Assembly: GCA_019828565.1 (NCBI GenBank)
Contig: JAHDYR010000016.1
Coordinates: 124,001 to 188,000, forward strand
Reading direction: 5' to 3'
Length of the DNA stretch: 64,000 nucleotides
Source of the DNA: Carpediemonas membranifera BICM
Lineage: Eukaryota > Protista > Fornicata
Positions within the stretch are counted from its first letter, which is position 1. Each line of letters starts with the position of its first letter. Positions 20,925 through 31,551 of this stretch are shown here, in pieces. A program made the position numbers and the translations under genes. The notes below the pieces were generated by a model that did no database searches, had not been told where the DNA came from, and worked only from the letters and a program-made list of their open reading frames with translations.

Positions 20925-22835
20925 TCATACCTCTGCCCGAAGCGAACGGTCCAGCTTCCGCCTGTCAGACGGCTCCGAGGCCGAGTTCCGCCGCTGCCCG
21001 TGAAACGCCCGCCCCGGCACGAGTCCTGAACGCTGCTGGCACATGCGCTTGTTCTCCTCGAGATAGGGGAGGAAGGCGGCGGGCTGGCCCTCCGTATGGA
21101 TCTCCTGACCCTCCTTGATCGCCTGTAATCTAGTAACAAATTCACGAATCCCCGACCGCTGAACCAGACGTTGTCTTGACTGGTCAAGGGCGAACTTATT
21201 GCGGTCTGCCCCGATCGCCATGCCCGACCTGAAGATCGACCCAGCTTCGAATTTCAGTCTGGGTGGGCCAGCAGGCTTAGGCTTCTTCTTGGCGAGCTGG
21301 GAGCACCGCGCTGCGATGGCCGCCTCCCTCTCCTCACGCTCCTTAGCCTCCTTCGCCAGCTCCTCCGCTGTCTTCTGCGGGGGCTCTTCGACCGGCTCCC
21401 GACGCTGTGGCGCCCGTCTCCGCGCCACGCCGACACTGACTCCGAATCCGATGAACCCCTTCTCGACCATCATCCGTTCGTAGAACTCGGACCGATCATT
21501 CGGGAAGATCATCTCATAGTTGGTTTGTGGCAGAGTCGCATCTTCCCAGGCCTCAATGCGGGACCGCTCGCCTTCGGTGTTCATTCGCCGCATCGCGTCC
21601 CGATGGGAGTAACCGGGCATCATTCGCTGCTGGAAACGGCGGCGCTCCTCAATCATGTAGCGGGCTTTGTCCTCGGGGGTCACACCCAGAAGCTCAAGGG
21701 TGTCTCTTATCAACGAGTGTTTCAAATCTGAATCCAAGGGGGAGTCGATATTAAACGACGGTGAGTGATTCACCTCAATGAGCCAGGGCGTGTGGGTGGA
21801 GTCCAGCAGGATGTCCATGCCGAGCAGCTCAAAGCACGCGTGACCCGACCGGTCGTTGGGGAGACTCGACCTATACATGTGGGCGAGGGTTGGCTGTATC
21901 GCGACGACGGTCTTGATGAATATATCCTTGATCTGTGCCCAAATCTGATCCACATCCGCTCCTTGGTCTCTAAGGATCTTCCAGACCGCATCTATAGATC
22001 TTTTTGACCCCTCGTCGTCGTGTTCGATGTCCTCATTCGATACGAAGCCCTCCTTGTTCCGTTTGTTCAGGGAGTAGTTTGTGAGATGCATGAATGTGTT
22101 CTTGATGTTATCATCCTTAGGTTCGACGTAGGGCGCCGTGGCGAATCGAGCCATGCCCTTCTTATAAATAAACATGCGGAGAGGCTCGACCGACGTGACC
22201 AAGAGGTAGATGCGGAGGTCGTACTTGTACCCGTCGATGAGATGCGGGTCTGCGATGTACCGCTGCACCACCTGGGGCTGGCTAGGGTCAATGTCGTTCT
22301 CAGACTTAAACAGGAAGATGCCGTTGCCCTGGCATCCGGCCGTGGGCTTCGAGATGTACACGGGCTTGGCCCCTCTCTTGTGTACGAGGGTCTTGTGCGT
22401 GTTCATGAAGTCGTTGAGGTCGATAGGTAGTGTCCATGATTGAGGGTAAAATGCGTACTCCTCGGGCCATTTCTTCGCAATACGGTTGAGTGACTTCGAA
22501 AGCCCGTCCTTCCTGGAGATCTCTGTCATCCCTACGAAGTGGTTGGCCCGCTGGTACGGCTTGAACTGCAGCAGACGCTCGGGGATGATGGATAGGTCTG
22601 ACCACCAAATGCAGAAGTCCGAGTCCTCACTCACAACACGCCAGCGGCGCTCTTTGCATATGTTGCGAAGGACTTGGTATCGGCATGCGTCCAAGCAGAT
22701 AGTAACAGGCCGTCTCTTCTTCTTCTTAGCTTCTGGCTTCTTCGGCTGCTTTTCGCTTTCAACTTCAACGGTAAACGCCATAACATTGCCTCTATTCTCG
22801 TCTAGCATGGCCTGTTCGACCTCTTCAGCGTTCAT
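20925..22835 (-). CDS. Tubulin polyglutamylase (TTLL6/7/13-like)
   Basis: NHFVGM, KPTAGCQGNGI, KYDLRIYLLV, MHLTNYSLNK, CFELLGMDILLD, WLIEVNHSPSF. Confidence 0.92.
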   Translation of the reverse strand: MNAEEVEQAMLDENRGNVMAFTVEVESEKQPKKPEAKKKKRRPVTICLDACRYQVLRNICKERRWRVVSEDSDFCIWWSDLSIIPERLLQFKPYQRANHFVGMTEISRKDGLSKSLNRIAKKWPEEYAFYPQSWTLPIDLNDFMNTHKTLVHKRGAKPVYISKPTAGCQGNGIFLFKSENDIDPSQPQVVQRYIADPHLIDGYKYDLRIYLLVTSVEPLRMFIYKKGMARFATAPYVEPKDDNIKNTFMHLTNYSLNKRNKEGFVSNEDIEHDDEGSKRSIDAVWKILRDQGADVDQIWAQIKDIFIKTVVAIQPTLAHMYRSSLPNDRSGHACFELLGMDILLDSTHTPWLIEVNHSPSFNIDSPLDSDLKHSLIRDTLELLGVTPEDKARYMIEERRRFQQRMMPGYSHRDAMRRMNTEGERSRIEAWEDATLPQTNYEMIFPNDRSEFYERMMVEKGFIGFGVSVGVARRRAPQRREPVEEPPQKTAEELAKEAKEREEREAAIAARCSQLAKKKPKPAGPPRLKFEAGSIFRSGMAIGADRNKFALDQSRQRLVQRSGIREFVTRLQAIKEGQEIHTEGQPAAFLPYLEENKRMCQQRSGLVPGRAFHGQRRNSASEPSDRRKLDRSLRAEV

Positions 22836-22891
22836 TATATGATTTTCGGCCGAATTCTACGTTACCGAAATAAAACTGCACTGCAACGACC

Positions 22892-23027
22892 GTGGCGATA
22901 TGCAGTGTGAGAGTGTGTGCTGGTGTGATACGTGAGTACCGGCCCCCGTTGCGCTGCTGATTGGCTCGACTTTGGCGAGGCTGATTCATTGAGACGAGAC
23001 CAAGGGTCAGGGTGATGGTTATAAAGA
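22892..23027 (-). repeat. 136-bp dispersed repeat, copy 2 (inverted relative to copy 1)
   Basis: Matches 17065-17200; flanked by direct repeat CTGCAACGACC at 22881-22891 and 23034-23044. Confidence 0.9.
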
Positions 23028-23118
23028 AGGTCGCTGCAACGACCACGCAGTGCTGCCGCGGAGTACTACCTGAGGGCAGAAGGCATGCAGGACAAATGCT
23101 TCATTGTAAAGCAAACAT

Positions 23119-24234
23119 TTACACACTCTCCCCGAACGACCGGATGATGCTCCTCTGCTCATCGCTGACGCTCTCAGGGAACTCCACCGTCACGTGCACA
23201 TGGAGGTCCCCCAGCCACGACGGGAACCGTCTGTTGGGCATTCCCTCGCCCTTCACAATGAGCTCCGCCCCGGGGACTGTAACGCCGTCTGCCCCAACCT
23301 TCACCGTCCGCCCGGCCAGGTGGGGCAGCTCCCTCTCGAACCCGACCAGAGCCTCAGTAAGACTGATGGTGAGGTCCGTGTGGAGCTGGTCGCCCCGCCT
23401 TGTCATAAACTCGTGCTCTGGCACTCTGACGACAAGGACGAGGTCCCCGGGTGGCTGTCTCGGGTCGTTAGTGCTCCCCATGCCGGGGAAACGGAGCTTC
23501 TCGCCGTCGTGGGCACCGGGCTTGACTGAGACGAGGACTTCCTCCGTCGACCTGACGACACCGTGGCCCCCACACTCGGAGCAGGCCTTCTTCACCACCT
23601 GCCCCCTACCCCCGCACTCACCGCACACCGTCTGGACCTGCTGCATGATCCCGGGGCCGAGCTGACGCACCTCGACACGTCTACCGGTGCCGTTGCAGTG
23701 GGAGCACTTGTGGATGTGCTTGGAGGACTTGGCACCGGTGCCATGACAGGCGGGGCACTGACCCTGGTGGTCGATGTTGACAGTCGAGCTCAGACCAGTG
23801 AACGCGGCATCTAAGTTTGGGAGAGTGATCTCCTTGACGGTCTCCTGCTGCGTGTTCTGCTTACGGCCACCGAATAGCTGGGAGAAAATGTCTGTACCCT
23901 CACCGCGGAGGCCCTTGGGACCTTGGGTGTCGTAAATGTGCTTCTTCTCGGGGTCGCTCAGGGTTTCGTATGCGGCAGAGATCTCCATGAAGTTCCTCTG
24001 GGCCTCGGTGTCACCAGGGTTCCTATCAGGGTGGAACATAAAGCTCATACGCCTGTAGATCTTCTTCAGCTCCGGGCTATTGTAGGGGATGTCGTGGGGG
24101 ACGCCGAGGACGGCATAGTAGTCGTATCCAGGCTCATCGTTCCTCGGTGGCTGGTCCTCGTCGCAATATACTATCCCTAAGAGTATAAGAACACATATGA
24201 GAAGGAACAAGGCCTTGGGAGGCGACATTGACAT
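23119..24234 (-). CDS. Type I DnaJ/Hsp40 with signal peptide (ER-luminal, Scj1/ERdj3-like)
   Basis: Signal peptide, J domain with HPD, four CxxCxGxG repeats, C-terminal substrate-binding domain. Confidence 0.9.
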   Translation of the reverse strand: MSMSPPKALFLLICVLILLGIVYCDEDQPPRNDEPGYDYYAVLGVPHDIPYNSPELKKIYRRMSFMFHPDRNPGDTEAQRNFMEISAAYETLSDPEKKHIYDTQGPKGLRGEGTDIFSQLFGGRKQNTQQETVKEITLPNLDAAFTGLSSTVNIDHQGQCPACHGTGAKSSKHIHKCSHCNGTGRRVEVRQLGPGIMQQVQTVCGECGGRGQVVKKACSECGGHGVVRSTEEVLVSVKPGAHDGEKLRFPGMGSTNDPRQPPGDLVLVVRVPEHEFMTRRGDQLHTDLTISLTEALVGFERELPHLAGRTVKVGADGVTVPGAELIVKGEGMPNRRFPSWLGDLHVHVTVEFPESVSDEQRSIIRSFGESV

Positions 24235-24452
24235 CGGTCGGTGATGATGGCGTGGCGATCGATCCGATGATACATACCATCACATAAATGTTAAACGGGC
24301 ACAGCAAAGGCTGTAGACAAGGGCGGGGTTGATCATAGTCATGGAGCGACACTTACTCCCGATATGACCAGAATAGCTCGCCTGGATAGCATTTCTGTTG
24401 GGCTGACACCCAACCCAAGGAATATTTAAGGACTATTTAAAGCTACTGTACA

Positions 24453-26384
24453 TCACTCGTTATTCCCGCTCTCCTCGTACACGACGCCCTCCACGGCCTC
24501 CAATCGGGACATCACCATCTTAAGCATACGCCGCAGCTCGGTGTTCTCCATCTTCGCCTCCTGCGCCATGGTCAGCGCCTCCTCCAGCGTCCTCCCCCGC
24601 TGCCACTCGCGGTACCGGCGCCATGCCCGCTGCACCACTGCCGCGGCCCGACTCCTCGTCCTCTCCTCCAACGCCGCCAGCCGCCGCTTCTGCCTCATCG
24701 TCCCGAGGATCTGGCTGGTCAGCCGGCGGACTCTGATCCGGCGCCAGTGCCTCTGGATGGTGAGTGCGGCCCTGTCCTGCATGAGTGAGTACATGGGCAC
24801 GACGACGGTGTTCAGATCGTTCATCATTTGTATCATCTCCGCAAACTGCCCGGCGTCGATGCCGTGGTGCGGGCCCTCGAGCTCTGCGGGGAGTGGGGCA
24901 AGCGTGTCCTCCTCCTCCTGGCCAAGCTCTGGGCGATCTGGCCGGGTGGGGGTGACTGGGACCCCCCTCATCGCCCAATCGCCCTGCCGACGACCCCGTG
25001 ACATGAGCTTGGGCGGGGACAGCCCGGCGTCTGTGTAGAACCCGTCGCGGAGCCTGATGGCCTGCATGCGCCGCCAGTAGCACTGGATCACGGTGGCAGC
25101 ATGACGACGCCGCTCCCGCTGCTGCATGGCCCAGTACCGACCCAGCCGCATTATCGAGTTGACGTCGGTTCTCATGTGGTGAATGGCCTCGATTATAACA
25201 CTAAACTGCGTTTTGATTGCATCAAAATCATGGTCCGGCATGGCTTGGATCTGCTGCGAGGGGGCTACGGCAGGGGTGCCCTGGGCGATCTGTCTCTGCC
25301 GCGAGGGCGGGGCGTACTGGGTCCTCTCCTGCTGTGTCACACTGTACGGCATGAACTGACCCTCTCTCTCCCGCTCGACGTGCCGTTCCGGTGCATGTCG
25401 CTCCACCGGCGAGTGTTGGACAGCTCTCCGACCTGGCCTGGTGTCCGTGAACTCCTGTGTCAAGCCCCTGCTCGGGGAAGTGTCCAGGGCCCGCTTGGAC
25501 ATAGGCGGGGACGATGCGGGCTCCAGGAACTGCTGCGGTATGGCAGCCCGGCGGACGGGCTCCCTGGTTTGGGTGGGGTGAGGCGACCGGGCCAGCTGCT
25601 TCCTGGGGCTGAACGCCTTAGAGGCCTCGATCGCCATGGTTCCCCGCAGTGGGCACGTTACCTGCAGATAGTCGACGAGCTCTGCAGCCCGATCGCCGAG
25701 CATGCTCTCCATGGGGGCCGCCTGGGAGAATAGCGTTGTAGCCTGCTCCACCTCCTCGGTGGTCAGCTCGTCGTCATCAAGCACGGTTAGTGTGGGTAGC
25801 AGGAATATCATCAGCGGCCGATAGTCAATGCCCAAGTCGTGGCAGCTCTGGTCCAGTGCCGGGCAGCGCACAGAGAGCGTCCGGATGGGCGGTGCCTTGT
25901 CTGTTAGATGAGCCGAGAAGTATGCAAGCTGACTGATGTGCGTGATACGGTTGTCGTTGAGTCTGAGTACTTCGAGGCGCTTCTCGGGGAGGTTGCCGAG
26001 GAGCGAGAAGTCGCTGATGCGGTTGTGTGAGAGGTTCAGGGTCACTAGGTTATGGATCGTAGTCAGATCTGGGATGATCTCCAGCTGGTTGTGCGAAAGA
26101 TCGAGCGTTGACAGGTGGGTGAGCGAAGGGAATTGGATACCCTTCAGAACATTGTACGAGACAGTGAGCGTCTTCAAGTTGCGGAATGGCAGGTCATCCT
26201 CTCGGATTTCGGCTAGTGCGTTGCCTGAGAGGATCACAGAGAGCACCTTGTCCGCCTTCTGGTAATCCATGCGGGGAACCTCAGTAAGCTTGCTGTCACT
26301 GAGATCAATGATGTCGGAGCTATCCTTGCCGTCATCAATTGGATCCTCGGTGCCTTCCTGCTTCTTCTTTTTTCCGAAGGCCAT
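24453..26384 (-). CDS. CEP97: CEP97-like LRR + IQ centriolar protein
   Basis: N-terminal LRRs, IDYRPLMIFLLPTLTVLDD cap, LVDYLQVTCPL, IQ motifs (AATVIQCYWRR), C-terminal coiled coil. Confidence 0.75.
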   Translation of the reverse strand: MAFGKKKKQEGTEDPIDDGKDSSDIIDLSDSKLTEVPRMDYQKADKVLSVILSGNALAEIREDDLPFRNLKTLTVSYNVLKGIQFPSLTHLSTLDLSHNQLEIIPDLTTIHNLVTLNLSHNRISDFSLLGNLPEKRLEVLRLNDNRITHISQLAYFSAHLTDKAPPIRTLSVRCPALDQSCHDLGIDYRPLMIFLLPTLTVLDDDELTTEEVEQATTLFSQAAPMESMLGDRAAELVDYLQVTCPLRGTMAIEASKAFSPRKQLARSPHPTQTREPVRRAAIPQQFLEPASSPPMSKRALDTSPSRGLTQEFTDTRPGRRAVQHSPVERHAPERHVEREREGQFMPYSVTQQERTQYAPPSRQRQIAQGTPAVAPSQQIQAMPDHDFDAIKTQFSVIIEAIHHMRTDVNSIMRLGRYWAMQQRERRRHAATVIQCYWRRMQAIRLRDGFYTDAGLSPPKLMSRGRRQGDWAMRGVPVTPTRPDRPELGQEEEDTLAPLPAELEGPHHGIDAGQFAEMIQMMNDLNTVVVPMYSLMQDRAALTIQRHWRRIRVRRLTSQILGTMRQKRRLAALEERTRSRAAAVVQRAWRRYREWQRGRTLEEALTMAQEAKMENTELRRMLKMVMSRLEAVEGVVYEESGNNE

Positions 26385-26510
26385 TATGGCTTGGCGTATT
26401 TCGTATAGCGAATCACCGAAATTCGGGAACGAGCGTTTGCTTGGCCGTACAAGCCAGGCAACCCGACGATGGACAATACTCACTACCAGCCATCCAACGA
26501 AGAGTACTAT

Positions 26511-28189
26511 TTACAATGCGGTGTCGCGCCTCGCCCCATTCTTCAGGACCCGACTCAGCAGCACCACGCCCAGGACGCCGCTCCACACCGCAGCGTTGCC
26601 CCACGTGACCCGCACCCCAGACGCCCACAGCCTTAGCCTCTGCCATGCCCACAGCAGCAGTGTGTCGGGATCATGAGCATACATTTTGTCTACGAGCTTG
26701 GTAGCGGCCTCGGGGTCTCTGTGGCCCGGACTCTGGCGGAGTGCGGCTAGGTGGTAGCTGGCCTCGCTGCCTACCACGCCCTCCGAGTCTGCCGCATCAG
26801 TGAGTATGTCCACGGCGGAGCTGAACAGCCGGTCCTGGTCGAGCCCGAGGACCCTGCTGGCGACGTCGGGGTGGGTCAGATAGATGGACGAGACATGCAC
26901 GGCGGCCCTGGAGTGGGCGGGGAAGGCCGAGTACTGCATGAGCCGGAGTCTGAGTGAGAGTTCGATGGGGTCTGCCTCGACCAGACCGGGGCGGGTGGCG
27001 AGGAGCGACTCCACGTTGTCGATGGCCACCTCACCCCCGGTAAAGGCAGCCTGGAGATAGTCCAGCAGTGCATGCGCCGGCCGGTCCTTGAGGTAGTGGA
27101 CGAAGGCGCCGTTCTCAACTTCACGGAGGACGCTAAACTGCGCGGCCTTGAAGAGGATGAGGGATGCGGCCCTGCACTCGCCGGTCCACTCCAGGATGGC
27201 GTCGGCGTACTCCCTTGTCGCCCATGCATGGTGGAAGGAGAAGGCGACGTCGAAGTGCCGCCTGGATTGCTCAGTCAGGCCCACCTCCTTGAAGAGCAGG
27301 GCCAGCTGGAACCATGCGTCGAGCTGCTGGCTGTCACGGGCCGCCTCGAGGAGGTCCTGCGCCATCGTCAGGTTCTTGGCGACGTGCACGCCGGTGCGAT
27401 AACACATGCCGAGTCCATTAAGGCCCACGGGGTCGAACACATCGGCAGACTCCTTGTAGAGGGCATAAGCGGTGGCGTTGCTCTTCTTGATGCCCGGAGC
27501 TCCCCGCAGATGCATATTACCCAACAGACCGGCCGCAGCGGAGTCCCCATGCCTGTATGCCCTGGTGATGTACTCCACGCCTGCCTCCTCGTCTGCCTCC
27601 ACCACATAGCCGCCCCGCAGGATGAACAGGCCATAGTCGAGCATTGCGTTCTCATCGCCCGCGTCAGCTTGCAGTTTAAGGCGATGTGCGTACTTGACTT
27701 CCGAGGACGCCGAGTCGCTCCTGCTAATGTGGGGCGAGCTAGCGGTCTCGATGAAGCGGATGCCGCCAGATAATGTGGTGAGGAAGTCGTCTACGGCCTC
27801 CCGAACGTAGCCGAGGGTCTCCATGCAGCTCCCGTCGTCGTCAGCACGGTTCATCGCCTGGTATGCGATGGCAAGGGAGGCGTTGTTGTTGCCGCCCCTG
27901 TGGGCAAAACCGAGGTTGAGCTGTGTGAGCTGGAAGTGGGAATATTACGAACATATGATGCAATATCGCTCTGTTCTACGCCTAATCCGAGCTTATAGAA
28001 CATCCCCTGGTAGAACTGGCATACAGGATCGCCCTGCTTGGCGCTATTTGAAACAAAATCATAAAACCGGGGCGAGAAATTGCCATCCTCCGATAATAAT
28101 CTCGCAACACCCTCATAGCATCCTGTAACATTGCATAATACCACGTTAAACGCCAATGCGATCACCAAGAGTAACTTCAAGCACGTCAT
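26511..28189 (-). CDS. Sel1-repeat protein, SEL1L/HRD3-like; intron 27921-27952
   Basis: Signal peptide, Sel1 repeats (AAAGLLGNMHLRG, GLNGLGMCYRTG), C-terminal TM; a 32-nt intron joins the two ORFs in frame. Confidence 0.8.
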
Positions 28190-28293
28190 CGATGGCTGAC
28201 AATTGATCGGCGTCTGATTACTGAAGTTCCAAGCCCAGCAACACGGATGTTTGTCACCATCCTCAGTAAATCTGCCGCATTTACCTATTTACA

Positions 28294-29268
28294 TCACCCG
28301 CTGTGCGCGGCCATGCACATGGCGCCCACCATACCGCTGAGCTGCAAGATGGTATCGCTCCCCTGACTCACGCGGAGATGGGTCTCCGCCACTACACGCA
28401 TGAAGTTCATCCGCATGCCCTCGGGCAGCTCCCCGTAGCACACAGCCCGGTAGACGGTGGAGAGCAGGTCCGTGACGGCGAAGCCCTCGCCGTGGAGCTT
28501 CATTAGAATTCCAGAGGCGCCGTCGAAGTCGCCCTTGCTGGCCATGGCGACCATCTGCTTGACCTGTTCGGGCGAGGGGGTGTCACACACCTGGTAAACG
28601 TTGTCCGCGGTGACGTCGCCCTTCCCAGCGAACGTCGCCTCCATGCCGCACATGGCCTGCCTCATATCGCCGTCAGCTATGAAGGTGAGAGCGTCAATGC
28701 CGTCCTGGGTGAGGGGCACGGACTCCTTGGCCGCCACCGTCACGAGTCGGGCCTTGACCTGGGAGTCGGTCAGCTTTGTGAATCGGACAATGGCGCAGCG
28801 GGACTGGATAGGCTCAATGATCTTATCGGGCTGGTTGCAGGCGAGCATGAACCGTGTTGTCCCTGAGAAGTTCTCCATCGTGCGGCGGAGAGCTTGCTGA
28901 GCCGCAGCTGTCATTGAATCGGCCTCGTCGAGGATAATGATCTTCTGGCGGTTCGGTGGGAGGGTGACCTTCTTTTGTGCGAACGTCTTGATGCTGGTGC
29001 GGACGACTTCGATGCCACGGTCGTCGGATGCATTGAGTTCAAGAACTGCCTTCTTGCTAAGCTCCTTTCCAAGCAGCTCGTTGGCAAGACAGTGCACCGA
29101 CGTTGTCTTTCCGACGCCTGGTGGCCCGCTAAGGATCATGTGGGGCAGAACGCCACTCTTAGCAATGACTGAGAGCCTTGAAACCGCCTCCTCGTTACCA
29201 ACAACATCCTTCAGCAACCTCGGCCGGTATTTTTCTACCCAAGGTAGTTTCTTCGTCGTAGTCGCCAT
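28294..29268 (-). CDS. RFC2: Replication factor C small subunit (human RFC2 / yeast Rfc4 type)
   Basis: PWVEKYRP, GPPGVGKT, LELNASDDRGI, IIILDEADSM, IEPIQSRC. Confidence 0.93.
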   Translation of the reverse strand: MATTTKKLPWVEKYRPRLLKDVVGNEEAVSRLSVIAKSGVLPHMILSGPPGVGKTTSVHCLANELLGKELSKKAVLELNASDDRGIEVVRTSIKTFAQKKVTLPPNRQKIIILDEADSMTAAAQQALRRTMENFSGTTRFMLACNQPDKIIEPIQSRCAIVRFTKLTDSQVKARLVTVAAKESVPLTQDGIDALTFIADGDMRQAMCGMEATFAGKGDVTADNVYQVCDTPSPEQVKQMVAMASKGDFDGASGILMKLHGEGFAVTDLLSTVYRAVCYGELPEGMRMNFMRVVAETHLRVSQGSDTILQLSGMVGAMCMAAHSG

Positions 29269-29447
29269 CGTGCGCGTTGATGCAAACGAACGCAAAACTG
29301 CACCGCGGAATGTGCCACACCCAGCACGATAGGATGCAGTATGAGCCACAAGAAGCCGCATGACTACCGCTATCGACCCTCGTAGCCCAGCCAGATCACA
29401 CCGCCAACAGGCTTTATTGTGCGACGCAATGAACCCCAAATCTTCCG

Positions 29448-30614
29448 TCAGAACACGAGCGTCCTCACATCAGACATGCGGCTCTCGACGGGGCAAGTCG
29501 GACACTTGAACAACCTTGACCTGCTCGAAGCCGCCAGACTTTCAGCGACCGACTTCGACACAACATGCCCGCATTTCAAACGGACCGGCGGGTTATCCAC
29601 TGTCGTCGGCTCCTTACTGACTGGGCATATAATGATGGAGTGGAAGCTGTACTTGTCAGGGACCTCCACTGCCGTGTCAAACGTCGGCCGGGAAGCCCAG
29701 TCTGGGGCCAGGAATGCAATCGCCTGCTCCATCTGGTCAGACACGTCGACCCCGGCCTGGACAATCTTCTCCAGGGGCGACTCGGCCGCGATCCCGGTCA
29801 CCTCACAAATGGCGCTCTTGAACGAGGCCTCGAGAGCAACCAGGGGGTTCGTCACAAACAGAGTTCTATACCGGGGCATGTCTACCCCCTTGCTTGCCTC
29901 TGAGAAGAACACAAGCGATCCGAGCAGGAGCTTGACCTCGTCGATGAGCGACGCCGTGATGGTTTCCCCAAAGCCAGCCAGGGCCCCGGGGAAGTGGGCT
30001 GCGGCGTATGTACGGGCGTCACCGGGTGACCCGCCGTCCATGGTGAGTGTCCGGACGAACACAGCCCGGTGGAACTCGAACTCCAGGGTGATTTGTCTGG
30101 CCTTGAGCCGTTCACTGTTTGCCTCAATCCACGCTCGTAGTGAACCCATCTTGCCCTGCCGGATGTCTGCGACAACCTCATGCATCGTCTTGAATGACTC
30201 GCGGGCTTCCGGTTTCGGAGGTAGGCCGACGACTGCCTCGAACGCCTCAAGGACGCTGTCGGGCTCGCCTTGAATGAAGTGGTCCGCAATGGCCATGTTG
30301 ACGAGGTCCGTGGGTATCTCCACGTCCAGGCGCTCGTTAGGTGCTGGAGCCCGCTTCTCTATGACCCGGATAGCCCGGGACACTTGGTTGTGGAAGCGCT
30401 TGTTCTCCTTCTCCACCTCGGCTTGGACATGCCCGGCAAAGTCGCGGAGCTGCTCGAAGACCTCATTGTCGGCGGTATCACTGTCAGCAAGATCCATCGA
30501 GTCTGAAATAGCGCTCCGAAGCGATGCTAGCTTCTCCTGGATGCTGCTCTGGTGTTTCCGGTGTGTCTTGGATATAGCTGAATAAGGAGGCGGTTTAGGA
30601 GGGTAAACGGACAT
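29448..30614 (-). CDS. RMND5: RMND5/Gid2-like CTLH complex RING E3 subunit
   Basis: LisH (VNMAIADHF), CTLH, and FHSIIICPVSKE..NPPVRLKCGHV..FKCPTCP. Confidence 0.85.
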   Translation of the reverse strand: MSVYPPKPPPYSAISKTHRKHQSSIQEKLASLRSAISDSMDLADSDTADNEVFEQLRDFAGHVQAEVEKENKRFHNQVSRAIRVIEKRAPAPNERLDVEIPTDLVNMAIADHFIQGEPDSVLEAFEAVVGLPPKPEARESFKTMHEVVADIRQGKMGSLRAWIEANSERLKARQITLEFEFHRAVFVRTLTMDGGSPGDARTYAAAHFPGALAGFGETITASLIDEVKLLLGSLVFFSEASKGVDMPRYRTLFVTNPLVALEASFKSAICEVTGIAAESPLEKIVQAGVDVSDQMEQAIAFLAPDWASRPTFDTAVEVPDKYSFHSIIICPVSKEPTTVDNPPVRLKCGHVVSKSVAESLAASSRSRLFKCPTCPVESRMSDVRTLVF

Positions 30615-30918
30615 TTGCAGAGGTCTAATACACTCTTTTTGCTCGATGCCCCGTCGGTCATCTCAGTGTGTCGTTGAACTGACAAGCAATACATGGCAAC
30701 ATACGACTATATAAATCACCTCCACCGCCTGAAACTGGTCCAGACTCACTATACTTGCCTGTACAGGTTTATTAGAAGTCCCGCTCGCACGGCTGGGCGA
30801 AAGATGCCTCACCGCCAAAGACCGGCGTCATGTGTTTCGACAGCGGAGACCCATACTAATAGTGCTGCACAATAGCAGTGCATAAGGTAGATAGAATACA
30901 GTGGCGACACGGCCGCGG

Positions 30919-31197
30919 TTACTGGTTTGAGAGCGTGGCCGCGAGTCCCTCGGCAAGGTAAAGCTGGTGGCGGAGCTTGTCCAGCTTCAGCTCGAGGTCG
31001 CCGATGGTTTGATTGATCTTACCAGCTGTATAATCGAATCAAAGTGGGAACGCACCGAATGTATCCTCTGTTTTTGTCAGCTTGACGAGATCCACGTCCA
31101 CGGAGCTAATGAACTCCTGATCAGCCCACTTTTGCTGATAAGTAGTGAGTTGAACATCGTCCTTAGCCAATAAAGGGTTGATTGAGGTCACGTTCAT
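30919..31197 (-). CDS. BRK1: BRICK1/HSPC300 (SCAR/WAVE complex); intron 31026-31055
   Basis: Spliced ...VQLTTYQQKWADQEFISSVDVDLVKLTKTEDTFAGKINQTIGDLELKLDKLRHQLYLAE resembles QxDWxNREFI...F...KLAxLNEKL..LER; the intron contains an in-frame stop. Confidence 0.7.
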
Positions 31198-31551
31198 GAG
31201 TTTTCGAGGATCGAATTGCTTTGGCACGCCCTATACATGTTACATAGGGGATAATTTTACATAAATCTCCAACATGTTACATTTGGAGGGCCACTGACCT
31301 GTTATGAAGAAAGGCTGACAAATGCATTATGACCCACCTGAACCTCGCGGCTGTCCAGAGATAGGAGAATGAGAGAATGCAGGAAGCAGTAGGTCGAGCA
31401 TGGGCAGTATGCCGATGCACCCAAGGTTATGCGTAACTTACTCGGTGTATCATGCCCTACACATCCTTCGCGACGATTACTCGGCACACTCGTCGCTTGG
31501 GTCGGACGATATCCACCGAAAACCATGCTCCATGAAACAATCAAAGTTTAC

